Shown: one piece after another, positions 36,449 through 44,190 of the stretch
How positions within the stretch are numbered: the first letter of the stretch is position 1
How the letters are laid out: each line of letters starts with the position of its first letter
Virus record (IMG/VR): IMGVR_UViG_3300025087_001438
Coordinates: 1 to 51,636 of that record
Source: a virus
Taxonomy: Duplodnaviria > Caudoviricetes
Strand: one strand, 5' to 3'
Length of the DNA stretch: 51,636 bases
Made by a program: the position numbers and the translations under genes
The notes under the pieces: generated by a model
Database searches by the model: none
What the model saw: the letters and a program-made list of their open reading frames with translations, nothing else
What the model was told of the DNA's origin: nothing

Positions 36449-36718
36449 ATGCGAGGCGTTAGGATAACTACGAAACAACGGATTATGGAGCATTTAAGAT
36501 ATAGGGGTGGGTGGATTTCAGGCGTAGAACTGGAACACTGCGCCGATACCTGGGGAGCGAAGCCGAGCATTATCTCACGCAGGGCTAGGGAACTAGAACA
36601 TGATGACGGTTTGATTGAACGCCGGATAATCAACGGTTTTGTCCAATACCGCGCCCTCCCCAGACAATTCATATCAGCTAGTGAAGCTAATTCATTTATT
36701 AAAACTTTAGGAGAATAA
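36449..36718 (+). CDS. Winged-helix DNA-binding protein (putative regulator)
   Basis: QRIMEHL...ISGVELE...SIISRRAREL...IERR...VQYR. Confidence 0.6.
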   Translation: MRGVRITTKQRIMEHLRYRGGWISGVELEHCADTWGAKPSIISRRARELEHDDGLIERRIINGFVQYRALPRQFISASEANSFIKTLGE

Positions 36719-36719
36719 A

Positions 36720-36929
36720 ATGTCAGGGACAAAATCAGGAGCCGACCTAGCCACTAAAACTATTAAGAGTTTGTATGGCAAGGATTTTTTTAAACGTATA
36801 GGTGCTTTGGGTGGTTCGACTAAGACAAACGCTACCCACTTAAGAGGTTTCGGCAGTGACCATGAACTAGCTCGTGAGGTTGGGAAAATAGGTGGCACCA
36901 TAAGCAAACGGAGGCCAAATGTTAAGTAA
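36720..36929 (+). CDS. KGG-repeat (YciG/GsiB-like) small protein
   Basis: FFKRIGALGG and ELAREVGKIGG repeats. Confidence 0.75.
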   Translation: MSGTKSGADLATKTIKSLYGKDFFKRIGALGGSTKTNATHLRGFGSDHELAREVGKIGGTISKRRPNVK

Positions 36930-37674
36930 CGACCTTTCTGTAAAACTTTATCAAAGTATCGCCGAAGAGAACAAAGAACGGGAATATAAGCATTGGCACG
37001 CTAGTGCGATTGCCATGTGTCCGAGAGCGCATTACTACGCCCGTCTAGGCATACCAGAACTGGTAAAACCGAGTGCCGCTAAGATACTCAGGTGGGGGGC
37101 GGGGCATCATTTGGAAACCGCTATCCGCCCGCACATCGAGAAACTTTACCCCGATGTAATTAGTAACAAACGTCTGACTTCTAAGAAGCTAGACTTAACC
37201 GGCGAATACGATAACTTCTCCCCCACCAGCAAAACCTTGATTGAGGTCAAGTCAGTAGATGATTATGCCTTCTACGAAAACAACGGCGTAACATCACTCA
37301 AAGAACAGATAGGGCTGTGGCCCAATGGCCAAAAGAAATGGGCAGCCAAAGACGAACCCTATCTTGGTCACCAACTGCAAAACCACGCTTATGTTCTGCT
37401 ACTGCAAGAAAACGGACAGGAAGTCGAAGAGATACACTATATTTACGTCGCTCTCAAAGGCCGCCTGGTGGCTTACAAGACCAAAGTCAACCCCGACTAC
37501 ATTGAGAATGTCGAAAACCGTCTGGCGGCTCTCAGAAACGCCTGGAGAACCAAAAAACCGCCTGTTTGTATTTGCACGCCAGAGCATGAACTGTATGATT
37601 CAGTTACACAATACTGTCCATATAGAACCGAGGAAGATTGTTGTAATATTAATCTAAGTAAAGGCATAGAATGA
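36919..37674 (+). CDS. Cas4-like PD-(D/E)XK exonuclease
   Basis: HAS....CPR, G...E, GEYD...IEVKS, QL..Y, C-terminal Cys cluster. Confidence 0.8.
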   Translation: MLSNDLSVKLYQSIAEENKEREYKHWHASAIAMCPRAHYYARLGIPELVKPSAAKILRWGAGHHLETAIRPHIEKLYPDVISNKRLTSKKLDLTGEYDNFSPTSKTLIEVKSVDDYAFYENNGVTSLKEQIGLWPNGQKKWAAKDEPYLGHQLQNHAYVLLLQENGQEVEEIHYIYVALKGRLVAYKTKVNPDYIENVENRLAALRNAWRTKKPPVCICTPEHELYDSVTQYCPYRTEEDCCNINLSKGIE

Positions 37675-38009
37675 AAGTAACTAAAATTTTAGACACCCAG
37701 TTCAAAACAGGTAAAACGGCCAAAGGCAAGCCGTGGACACTGGTTAAAATAGAGGCCGAGGGTAAAACGGCAACTGGTTTTGGGCCGGTAGTTGTAGGCG
37801 ACGAGGTAGACCTGACCTTTAATGAGCAGTACGATAACTATTCGTTCAAGGTTCTTAAGCCGAGTGTCATCCCCGACCCGCCCATTAAAGACACTAACCA
37901 GGAAATCCTGGAACTGATTTACGAGGACACTGAAGAAATATTGAAAATCTTAAAAGCCAGTGAAATACCAATCGTCGAGGACGACCCCAATGAAATCTTC
38001 CCCGATTGA
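37671..38009 (+). CDS. ssDNA-binding (OB-fold-like) protein
   Basis: Beta-rich N-terminus (GKPWTLVKI...VGDEVDL) and acidic tail ending EDDPNEIFPD. Confidence 0.55.
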   Translation: MKVTKILDTQFKTGKTAKGKPWTLVKIEAEGKTATGFGPVVVGDEVDLTFNEQYDNYSFKVLKPSVIPDPPIKDTNQEILELIYEDTEEILKILKASEIPIVEDDPNEIFPD

Positions 38010-38193
38010 GTACAGCGCCCGACAATTTCAGCTTAGCGTGGCTAAAGCTCTAGACCAAGTGGAAGCTGGGCACGAGGTGGTGATTCTGCGTTGGCCTTTG
38101 GGTGGGCCGAACTTGCCAGGAGCCGTGCCTAAGGTATATCGTATCGTTAAAGATGAAACTCAAAATCGCCGGAAGACTGCCGACCCTCAATAA
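37990..38193 (+). CDS. Phd/YefM-like antitoxin-fold protein (no adjacent toxin)
   Basis: YSARQFQLSVAKALDQVEAGHEVVILR matches the Phd N-terminal pattern. Confidence 0.6.
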   Translation: MKSSPIEYSARQFQLSVAKALDQVEAGHEVVILRWPLGGPNLPGAVPKVYRIVKDETQNRRKTADPQ

Positions 38194-38500
38194 ATACATC
38201 GAAACTGAACGGGCTAATAAGTTCGCAGCAGCTAAGATGAAAAAAGACTTCACGGAATTGGTGGCATGGGAGGCCAAGTCCTGTTCTTTAATAAAAGGAC
38301 CAGCTGATTATACCTTCACTTGGACGGTGCCCAATAAAAGAAGCGACCCGGACAATATCGCTTTTGCTTGTAAGTTTGTTTTTGACGGGCTAGTGATGGC
38401 GGGCAAACTTCCCAATGATAATTTACGCTATGTTAGAAGCATCACCCATTTTTTTGAGATTGGTGAGCCTAGGGTGCAAGTAGATATTGAAGAGGCTTGA
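38153..38500 (+). CDS. rusA: RusA-like Holliday junction resolvase
   Basis: LPTLN, RSDPDNI...KFVFDGLV.AG.LPNDN. Confidence 0.8.
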   Translation: MKLKIAGRLPTLNKYIETERANKFAAAKMKKDFTELVAWEAKSCSLIKGPADYTFTWTVPNKRSDPDNIAFACKFVFDGLVMAGKLPNDNLRYVRSITHFFEIGEPRVQVDIEEA

Positions 38501-38525
38501 CACAGCGAAAGAGAAGTAAGATAAT
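38497..38525 (+). promoter_or_regulatory. Sigma70-like promoter
   Basis: TTGACA, 17 nt, GATAAT. Confidence 0.7.
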
Positions 38526-38571
38526 CTAGGTATCTATTTGTACTTCTTGAAGAAATATAAATAGTGTTTAA

Positions 38572-38613
38572 CAAAGAGAAAACCCCGCTAGATGCGGGGC
38601 TGTACTTCTTGAT
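38572..38613 (-). ncRNA. Candidate ~40-nt antisense RNA ending in an intrinsic terminator
   Basis: Minus-strand TTGACA (38647-42), 16 nt, TAACAT; then TCAAGAAGTACA, hairpin CCCCGC/GCGGGG and a T-rich tract. Confidence 0.55.
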
Positions 38614-38960
38614 ACTCTAATGTTATCAAATTGAAACTCTTTGTCAAGCCCTACTTTTACAAACTGTAGTTCACAGCCTACTCAAAAACTGGATAGACGA
38701 TACTTGCCATGAAGGAGGCTTGATGATAGCGCTAAGTCTAGGGTGAGGATATATTAGCCCCTGTTACGTCCCCCCTAGCCAATGCGGTGTTATCAGAGTA
38801 TTAAACCTATCAAAATGTAAAAGACATCCCCTACACTCCTCGCTCGAAGGAAGGGGCTGCTGTGCTAAAATCCAAGTATGAAGCAACGTAAAATAACCTT
38901 ATTCGGCCTCCCCACGACAGCTTACGTCACCTCAGACGGCAGTTATACAATTAGCTGGGC

Positions 38961-39275
38961 TTAACGGTTTGAGTATTGGCCTTTTCTACTGAATTGGTGG
39001 TGACTATAGTGGCATCTATGACACAAAGTAGTAAGATTAGGGATGTCTTTGACTTTATCTACCCCCAAGGATTTTTTCCCGCATAATCCGTTTAAGTGAT
39101 GTACATCAAAACGCTTTTTACCATTTTTGGATAACCATATAGCGAAACACATTTGACAGGTATGGCTATCTCTAACTCTGACTAATTCTCTCACATAATC
39201 TCTACCTTGCATCCATCTAGCAGTTTCTGTGTTGATATTATGGGTTTTATAAACTCCAGTTTTATAACTTCTCAT
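38961..39275 (-). CDS. HNH endonuclease
   Basis: RDSHTCQMC...DVHH...NLTTLCHRCH; TATACT 6 nt before the ATG; inverted relative to the early operon. Confidence 0.85.
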   Translation of the reverse strand: MRSYKTGVYKTHNINTETARWMQGRDYVRELVRVRDSHTCQMCFAIWLSKNGKKRFDVHHLNGLCGKKSLGVDKVKDIPNLTTLCHRCHYSHHQFSRKGQYSNR

Positions 39276-39541
39276 GTGTTAAGTATAACACAGACATTTG
39301 AGTTTTTATACTCAGACTTGGTGTTAAAACCTGTGCATATCGCTTGACCACCCAACTAATAGGCAGAGTATACTGTATGGGTGCCGAACTGAGACCCACC
39401 CTCTCAGGAGCCTTGAAGGATTACTAACCTTCGGCACTTTAGACTCATGTAATTAAAAGGAACCAATGGCAACCTGACTGAACTGACCGCCAACCCATTA
39501 AACAAGTATTTGATAAGAATTTATTCTATATAGATAACCCA

Positions 39542-39826
39542 GTGTTGGGAGGGGCTTGTCTGACCAAAACTCAGGCTAAAGCCCGCCGTAAGATTCAGCG
39601 TGAGATGTTCCTGGAACGTGTAGAAACCTCAGAAGCTAATTTTAGGTGTTCTATGGCTAAAATGGCCAAAGGGCTGTTATATGGCTTTGTGTGGGCTGTG
39701 AGAGCTTATACGCTTATTTTCTTTTACGGGGTGATGTTTATAATCTCGGCCTACGAAAAAGCCAGGCTAAAAATACCAACATTAAGCAGACGATTATATA
39801 AATGGTTGTTAGCTCGTATTTCATAG
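39542..39826 (+). CDS. Hypothetical membrane protein (start uncertain)
   Basis: Hydrophobic LLYGFVW...LIFFYGVMFII segment. Confidence 0.5.
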   Translation: MLGGACLTKTQAKARRKIQREMFLERVETSEANFRCSMAKMAKGLLYGFVWAVRAYTLIFFYGVMFIISAYEKARLKIPTLSRRLYKWLLARIS

Positions 39827-39963
39827 TTGACCGTTTTCCAATTCGTAAATTCTAGCTTTCACCCACTCAACATATCTTTCCAAGTCAGGTAATTCTCTTT
39901 TTAGCTTATTGATTTCAGTTTCATAGGGGGCGTTATCTTCGGGAGCTGTAATATTTACTTCAC

Positions 39964-40080
39964 TCATTGCGCCGCCTGCCACACCAAGAACGCCACGATA
40001 ATAAATTGCAGGATATTGCCGACAATACCCGTAGCTGTGCGGATGCGTTCATTACGCAATCTGTTCGTTAAAAGTTTCAT
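39964..40080 (-). CDS. Small membrane peptide (38 aa)
   Basis: MKLLTNRLRNERIRTATGIVGNILQFIIVAFLVWQAAQ; ATGA overlap with the next small ORF (39821..39967). Confidence 0.45.
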   Translation of the reverse strand: MKLLTNRLRNERIRTATGIVGNILQFIIVAFLVWQAAQ

Positions 40081-40306
40081 AGTCTATGTTTAGGACACAT
40101 TCTGTCGGGATACAAAGGGCATCACCGACATCATCGTTACCCTCTTGGACGCTTTGGACAAGAATGACCGCCACTTCATCTTTGACCAGCAGATAGCCCA
40201 GGGATTTGCATAACTGGGGTAGCAATTCTTTGGCTGCTTCGAGGGTTATCCAACCCGCTTCGCTGTTGGCATCGTGCCAGGTCACCTCCACACGACTATA
40301 TTCCAT
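40052..40306 (-). CDS. Small phage-type protein of unknown function
   Basis: VEVTWHDA...GW...CKSLGYL...IP..CV pattern; AAGGA RBS. Confidence 0.7.
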   Translation of the reverse strand: MEYSRVEVTWHDANSEAGWITLEAAKELLPQLCKSLGYLLVKDEVAVILVQSVQEGNDDVGDALCIPTECVLNIDYETFNEQIA

Positions 40307-40440
40307 ATATTCCTTTCCAGGTTAATTACCTGAGAGGGAGCTGGCGATAAAGTTGAGAGACTTTTGTGAGATGGAGTTTGTTAAAGGAGCTAAATTGTGC
40401 GAGTGAGAGGCCAACTCCCTCTTAAATAATTAACGCTTGG

Positions 40441-41484
40441 TCATGCTGGCCTCCTAATATGCTCGCTTTTAATTAGAGTTTCAGATTGGACTTCACCGTT
40501 CCCAACAACTAAAAATCGTTGAGAGGCTGGTGCGGGTGCTCTTGTACCAGCTAGGGAGAAATCATCTTTACCCTTGAGAGCGCCATTCCCATAGTAGCTA
40601 CCTTCGCCTATGCTCAAAATTACAGGAACGTGAAAGTGATGAACGAGCATATCGTCAAACTCACCAACAGTCTCCCCTATGGTTTTCCATTTCATAAACT
40701 CTTTCCACATACCATAGAAAGCCAAAGACATAGAGTTCTGTTGTTTTATGGTGTCACCATGTAGGACCATGAACTTGCGCTCTTCTACATTTATAATTGT
40801 CCAGAAACTCTCAGGCGTGTGAAAGTTCAGGTTGGGTTGGTTGACTCCTTTGGCTTCCAGCATCTTGTAAAGCATATAATCCAAGGACTCAATCTGTTTG
40901 CGGTTATAAAATGGCACGCGGTACATTCTTGGATGGTTACCCGATACGCCAACAAAATTAACTTCTGGGAAGGCTTGGCAAAGTTTTTCTAACCCGCCAT
41001 ACATCATCTCGGCGCAGTCCAGGGTTTGTTCAATAGGCATAATTTCATTAGACCGGGACAGGTCGTCATGGATGTCGCCGGAAATCATATCGCCGCCGCC
41101 AATAACCCAAATAGACGAAATCTTATGTTCCTTGCCTAAACGGATGGCTTCATTAACGGTGTAGTCAAAACGTTCTCTGGCTATTTCTGGGCTGTACTCG
41201 GCCACCCCTCCAGTGCTTCTAGCCGTAACCAGTTCTCCGTAGTGGACATCACCGACATCCAAGATGCCAGCAGTCCGCAGGACACCCTTACCGAGTTTCC
41301 TTAGTCTGGCTACAGGTACTTCTGGGCGGGCGGTCACTGATTCACGGATGGCCAGAGCGATAACTGACTCTTCGGCGTCACCTCTCGCGCTGTCCCGTAA
41401 CATCTTCTCGACTAGGGATAGCCGTTTTTTGAGCCTCTCAACCTCTCCTAGCTCTTCAAAAGTTTGTTCCGGCTGTTTCTCCAT
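40441..41484 (-). CDS. Calcineurin-like metallophosphoesterase
   Basis: DVHYG, GDMISG, GNH, LHGD, HHFH. Confidence 0.88.
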   Translation of the reverse strand: MEKQPEQTFEELGEVERLKKRLSLVEKMLRDSARGDAEESVIALAIRESVTARPEVPVARLRKLGKGVLRTAGILDVGDVHYGELVTARSTGGVAEYSPEIARERFDYTVNEAIRLGKEHKISSIWVIGGGDMISGDIHDDLSRSNEIMPIEQTLDCAEMMYGGLEKLCQAFPEVNFVGVSGNHPRMYRVPFYNRKQIESLDYMLYKMLEAKGVNQPNLNFHTPESFWTIINVEERKFMVLHGDTIKQQNSMSLAFYGMWKEFMKWKTIGETVGEFDDMLVHHFHVPVILSIGEGSYYGNGALKGKDDFSLAGTRAPAPASQRFLVVGNGEVQSETLIKSEHIRRPA

Positions 41485-41960
41485 TACCCCTCCTTCGGTA
41501 TGTACAAAGTACCGTTAGGCTCTTCGTCTTTTTTTAGTTCCCAATCAATAAAAGCCTCTTCTTCTTGCTCAGAAGGCATAAAGTCCACCAACACATCTGG
41601 AGTCCAGCCAGCCTGTGACACGAAACTACCCTTCTCACGGTTGGCATGGTGCAGGTCATGGCGGCGTTTGTCAGTCAAGGTAAAACCGGCCATCCAGTCC
41701 ACCAATTCCTGTTGGCCGAAGACTCTCGTCCAGCCCTCGTTTCCTTGGTCGTCTATCCGGGTGAAGCCGACATAATCACAGTAGTCTTTTTTCCAAAACA
41801 ATTGTACGGCCAATAAGCCGATATTCTGGGCTTCCTTCTGGAAGTTTTTGCGCTTACGCAGTTCCTTACGCTGGGCCTCATTCCTGACAAGATAATGGGG
41901 GGTGTTTTGGTCACCTTCGGTAATAGAAATCTCGTAGGGCTTCCACCTCTTTTCGCTCAT
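41484..41960 (-). CDS. Hypothetical protein
   Basis: 158 aa; GGAGG RBS; overlaps neighbours. Confidence 0.7.
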   Translation of the reverse strand: MSEKRWKPYEISITEGDQNTPHYLVRNEAQRKELRKRKNFQKEAQNIGLLAVQLFWKKDYCDYVGFTRIDDQGNEGWTRVFGQQELVDWMAGFTLTDKRRHDLHHANREKGSFVSQAGWTPDVLVDFMPSEQEEEAFIDWELKKDEEPNGTLYIPKEG

Positions 41961-42232
41961 GGCCGCCTCCCCTCTAATTCACGGTGTAAGCGTTCCTGTT
42001 CAACGCAGTATTCCATAACTTCTATGGTTGGTTTGGGTGGGCCGTTGGGGTTGACCCTATGTAATTCCATCTCCACGAACCGGCACATCTCTATTTTGTT
42101 AGAAGGTAGTTTCCGATATTCCTGCTCTAAAGGAGTAGTGTACTTACTGCCTGGATAAGCAGTATGATGGCGGACGAGGTAATGTTCTTCTAGGGGACAC
42201 TCCTTTTGCCATTTTTTAGGGCACTTCTCCAC
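41957..42232 (-). CDS. Hypothetical Cys/His-rich protein (possibly a degenerate HNH)
   Basis: HH.AYP...N....CR....LH pattern. Confidence 0.55.
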   Translation of the reverse strand: MEKCPKKWQKECPLEEHYLVRHHTAYPGSKYTTPLEQEYRKLPSNKIEMCRFVEMELHRVNPNGPPKPTIEVMEYCVEQERLHRELEGRRP

Positions 42233-42243
42233 ATCAGCCCTTT

Positions 42244-42441
42244 CTAAAGCGTGTTTTTAACAAACTTGGTAGCTTTGTGGGCTAAACCAATACCAAAGAC
42301 AACTTCGAGGACGTTGACAACTTGTTGGTCATAGCCAACCCAGCCATTGTTCACGGCTATCATGTAGACCGTAAATAGGAACGCACCGGCGTAAGTTTTC
42401 TTACCGTTCAAGACGTCCCAGACTTTTTTTAGGTAGCTCAT
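42244..42441 (-). CDS. Holin-like membrane protein
   Basis: 65 aa with LNGKKTY plus two hydrophobic segments, right after the endolysin. Confidence 0.7.
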   Translation of the reverse strand: MSYLKKVWDVLNGKKTYAGAFLFTVYMIAVNNGWVGYDQQVVNVLEVVFGIGLAHKATKFVKNTL

Positions 42442-42455
42442 ATATTTCCTTTCTA

Positions 42456-43091
42456 TTAATTAACTTTGTAAATACCAGGGTTAAGAACTTCTACCACGGA
42501 ATTGTCCAGCACATACAGCGTCACGGAATAAATCAAATCTTTCCAGACGTTATCAGCTCCGGCCGCCCAGCCGTCATTGCCCGTACCGGTTGTCCAGTAG
42601 GCTATGTCATTGGCGTTAGGTTTGTGGCCGGGCCATCCCGTCCGTAGATTAAAGTTTTCTAGGTCGCCTTTGTTCGGGAACATAATATTGCCTCCTTCGC
42701 TTAAATATTTTTCTAAATCAATGTATTGGCCCTCAATTTTCAGTTCATCATGCAGGTGGGGGCCGCTGGAAAAACCGGTGTTACCCGATAAACCTATCGC
42801 TTGCCCCTCGGCAACCGTTTGGCCACTCTTAACGTCTATGCGGTTCATATGGCAGGTTTTACGCTGTTTATCGTCTTTAGTGATTACAACTTCTTTACCC
42901 CTACCAGTGCGTATGTTAGAGCTGCGGTCATAAATATTTACTCTGCCACCCATACCAGCTACTAAAGGCGTATTGGCGGGCAGCCCATAATCTGTTCCTG
43001 GGTGTCGAGAACCTGGGTAAGTAGAATAAGCGGGGTCAACAACCCCGAACTTACGGGTGACGAAGTAGCTACCGTTAAAACTTAGACGCAT
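42456..43091 (-). CDS. Endolysin, M23 peptidase
   Basis: HPGTDY (HxxxD), GNTGFSSGPHLH (HxH); start at ATG 43091. Confidence 0.9.
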   Translation of the reverse strand: MRLSFNGSYFVTRKFGVVDPAYSTYPGSRHPGTDYGLPANTPLVAGMGGRVNIYDRSSNIRTGRGKEVVITKDDKQRKTCHMNRIDVKSGQTVAEGQAIGLSGNTGFSSGPHLHDELKIEGQYIDLEKYLSEGGNIMFPNKGDLENFNLRTGWPGHKPNANDIAYWTTGTGNDGWAAGADNVWKDLIYSVTLYVLDNSVVEVLNPGIYKVN

Positions 43092-43315
43092 CAACCGCCC
43101 CATTTATTAATAGCTATCTGAGCCAAGACAACGACTATGGCTATGGCACCAGAGGCGTAAGCCAAGCGCAGATTGATTTTGGTTATCTTAGCGTCTAGGT
43201 TACTTAAAGTCGTAGGAATATGGTTAGTGACAGCTTCTTTCACATACTTCATGTCGGTTTCTAAAATAGCCAAACGTTCAATTTCTAGTTTTGTCAATTT
43301 ATACTCCTGAGACAT
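43091..43315 (-). CDS. Coiled-coil plus C-terminal TM protein (lysis-associated, XhlA/holin-like)
   Basis: ERLAILET...NH and a C-terminal hydrophobic helix; precedes the endolysin. Confidence 0.55.
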   Translation of the reverse strand: MSQEYKLTKLEIERLAILETDMKYVKEAVTNHIPTTLSNLDAKITKINLRLAYASGAIAIVVVLAQIAINKWGG

Positions 43316-43769
43316 ACTGCCATTTATATCCACCAGAGGTTAAAGTTCTGCCTGCCAGCGTATTCATTATTCCGGTTCTAGTGATGCCCGTTTCTTGACT
43401 AGCTTCTGTTATTGAATGATAGATAGATAACTGATTCCCCTTGCTGTTGAATTGAGCAACCATTCGATTTCGCCATGTAGCAGGAATACCCCTACGATTT
43501 TGAGAAATACGTTTTCTCTGTGCATCGGTAAAATCCATCTTTCGATGGCACGAAGGACACAGTTGTTTCCAATCAGATATATCTCGTTTATATTCACGAC
43601 TTAAGTTAGACCATTCAAAACGTTTACCAATGTGAATGGGGCTGTTCTCACAATAGTTAGCTTTCCCAAAGTTCTTATACAACCATTTATGAGTCGCAGC
43701 TACTCCTGGTATATATTGAGCCTTAATTTTATTCTCGGCCGTTAAATATACTAGTTTTGTCATAATCAT
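43299..43769 (-). CDS. HNH-like homing endonuclease with NUMOD1-type domain
   Basis: HKWL...EWSN..LCPSCHRKMD; YHSITEAS..TGI....I.......TSGGYKW. Confidence 0.8.
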   Translation of the reverse strand: MIMTKLVYLTAENKIKAQYIPGVAATHKWLYKNFGKANYCENSPIHIGKRFEWSNLSREYKRDISDWKQLCPSCHRKMDFTDAQRKRISQNRRGIPATWRNRMVAQFNSKGNQLSIYHSITEASQETGITRTGIMNTLAGRTLTSGGYKWQYVSGV

Positions 43770-43888
43770 TTCTTCTTTTTCTTGGGTCTTATCTTTGAAC
43801 CATATTTTTTACTCCACCGTTTAGCCAAAGTGGGTTTTTTAGCATATAGAAACCGGCGTTGTTTAGTACTACGGAATGGAGGGCTCAT
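43766..43888 (-). CDS. Small very basic protein (40 aa, not in the ORF track)
   Basis: MSPPFRSTKQRRFLYAKKPTLAKRWSKKYGSKIRPKKKKK; ATGA overlaps at both ends. Confidence 0.65.
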   Translation of the reverse strand: MSPPFRSTKQRRFLYAKKPTLAKRWSKKYGSKIRPKKKKK

Positions 43889-44178
43889 ATCATCCTTTCT
43901 CGAATTTGCTGGGCTATTTGCCCAATAGTCCGATTATAAAAATGTTCATTACAAAGCACAATACTCTGTCCATTAATAGAACGAGTCAGGTTGCCCCACT
44001 TACCACAGAAAATACACGGTTCAGAGTTAGGGGTGGGTTTGACACCTTGCTCCCCTACTACATTATCTTTCGTTAAATCTTGTAGTACGTCTTCTGGTAC
44101 ATCTTTAACACTTACTAGTCTGCCGTCTTTCAGGTAACGCTTTCCGGCTTTTCCTTGAATTAATTTGTATTCGCTCAT
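43885..44178 (-). CDS. Hypothetical protein with Zn-binding motif
   Basis: CIFCG...LCNEH; GGAGG RBS. Confidence 0.7.
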   Translation of the reverse strand: MSEYKLIQGKAGKRYLKDGRLVSVKDVPEDVLQDLTKDNVVGEQGVKPTPNSEPCIFCGKWGNLTRSINGQSIVLCNEHFYNRTIGQIAQQIRERMI

Positions 44179-44190
44179 CGTTTACCTCCT

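Noticed and set aside
39381-39437. Glycine riboswitch or tRNA
   Set aside because: It contains GCCGAA and CTCTCAGG words but not the full glycine aptamer arrangement; there is no cloverleaf or T-loop motif.
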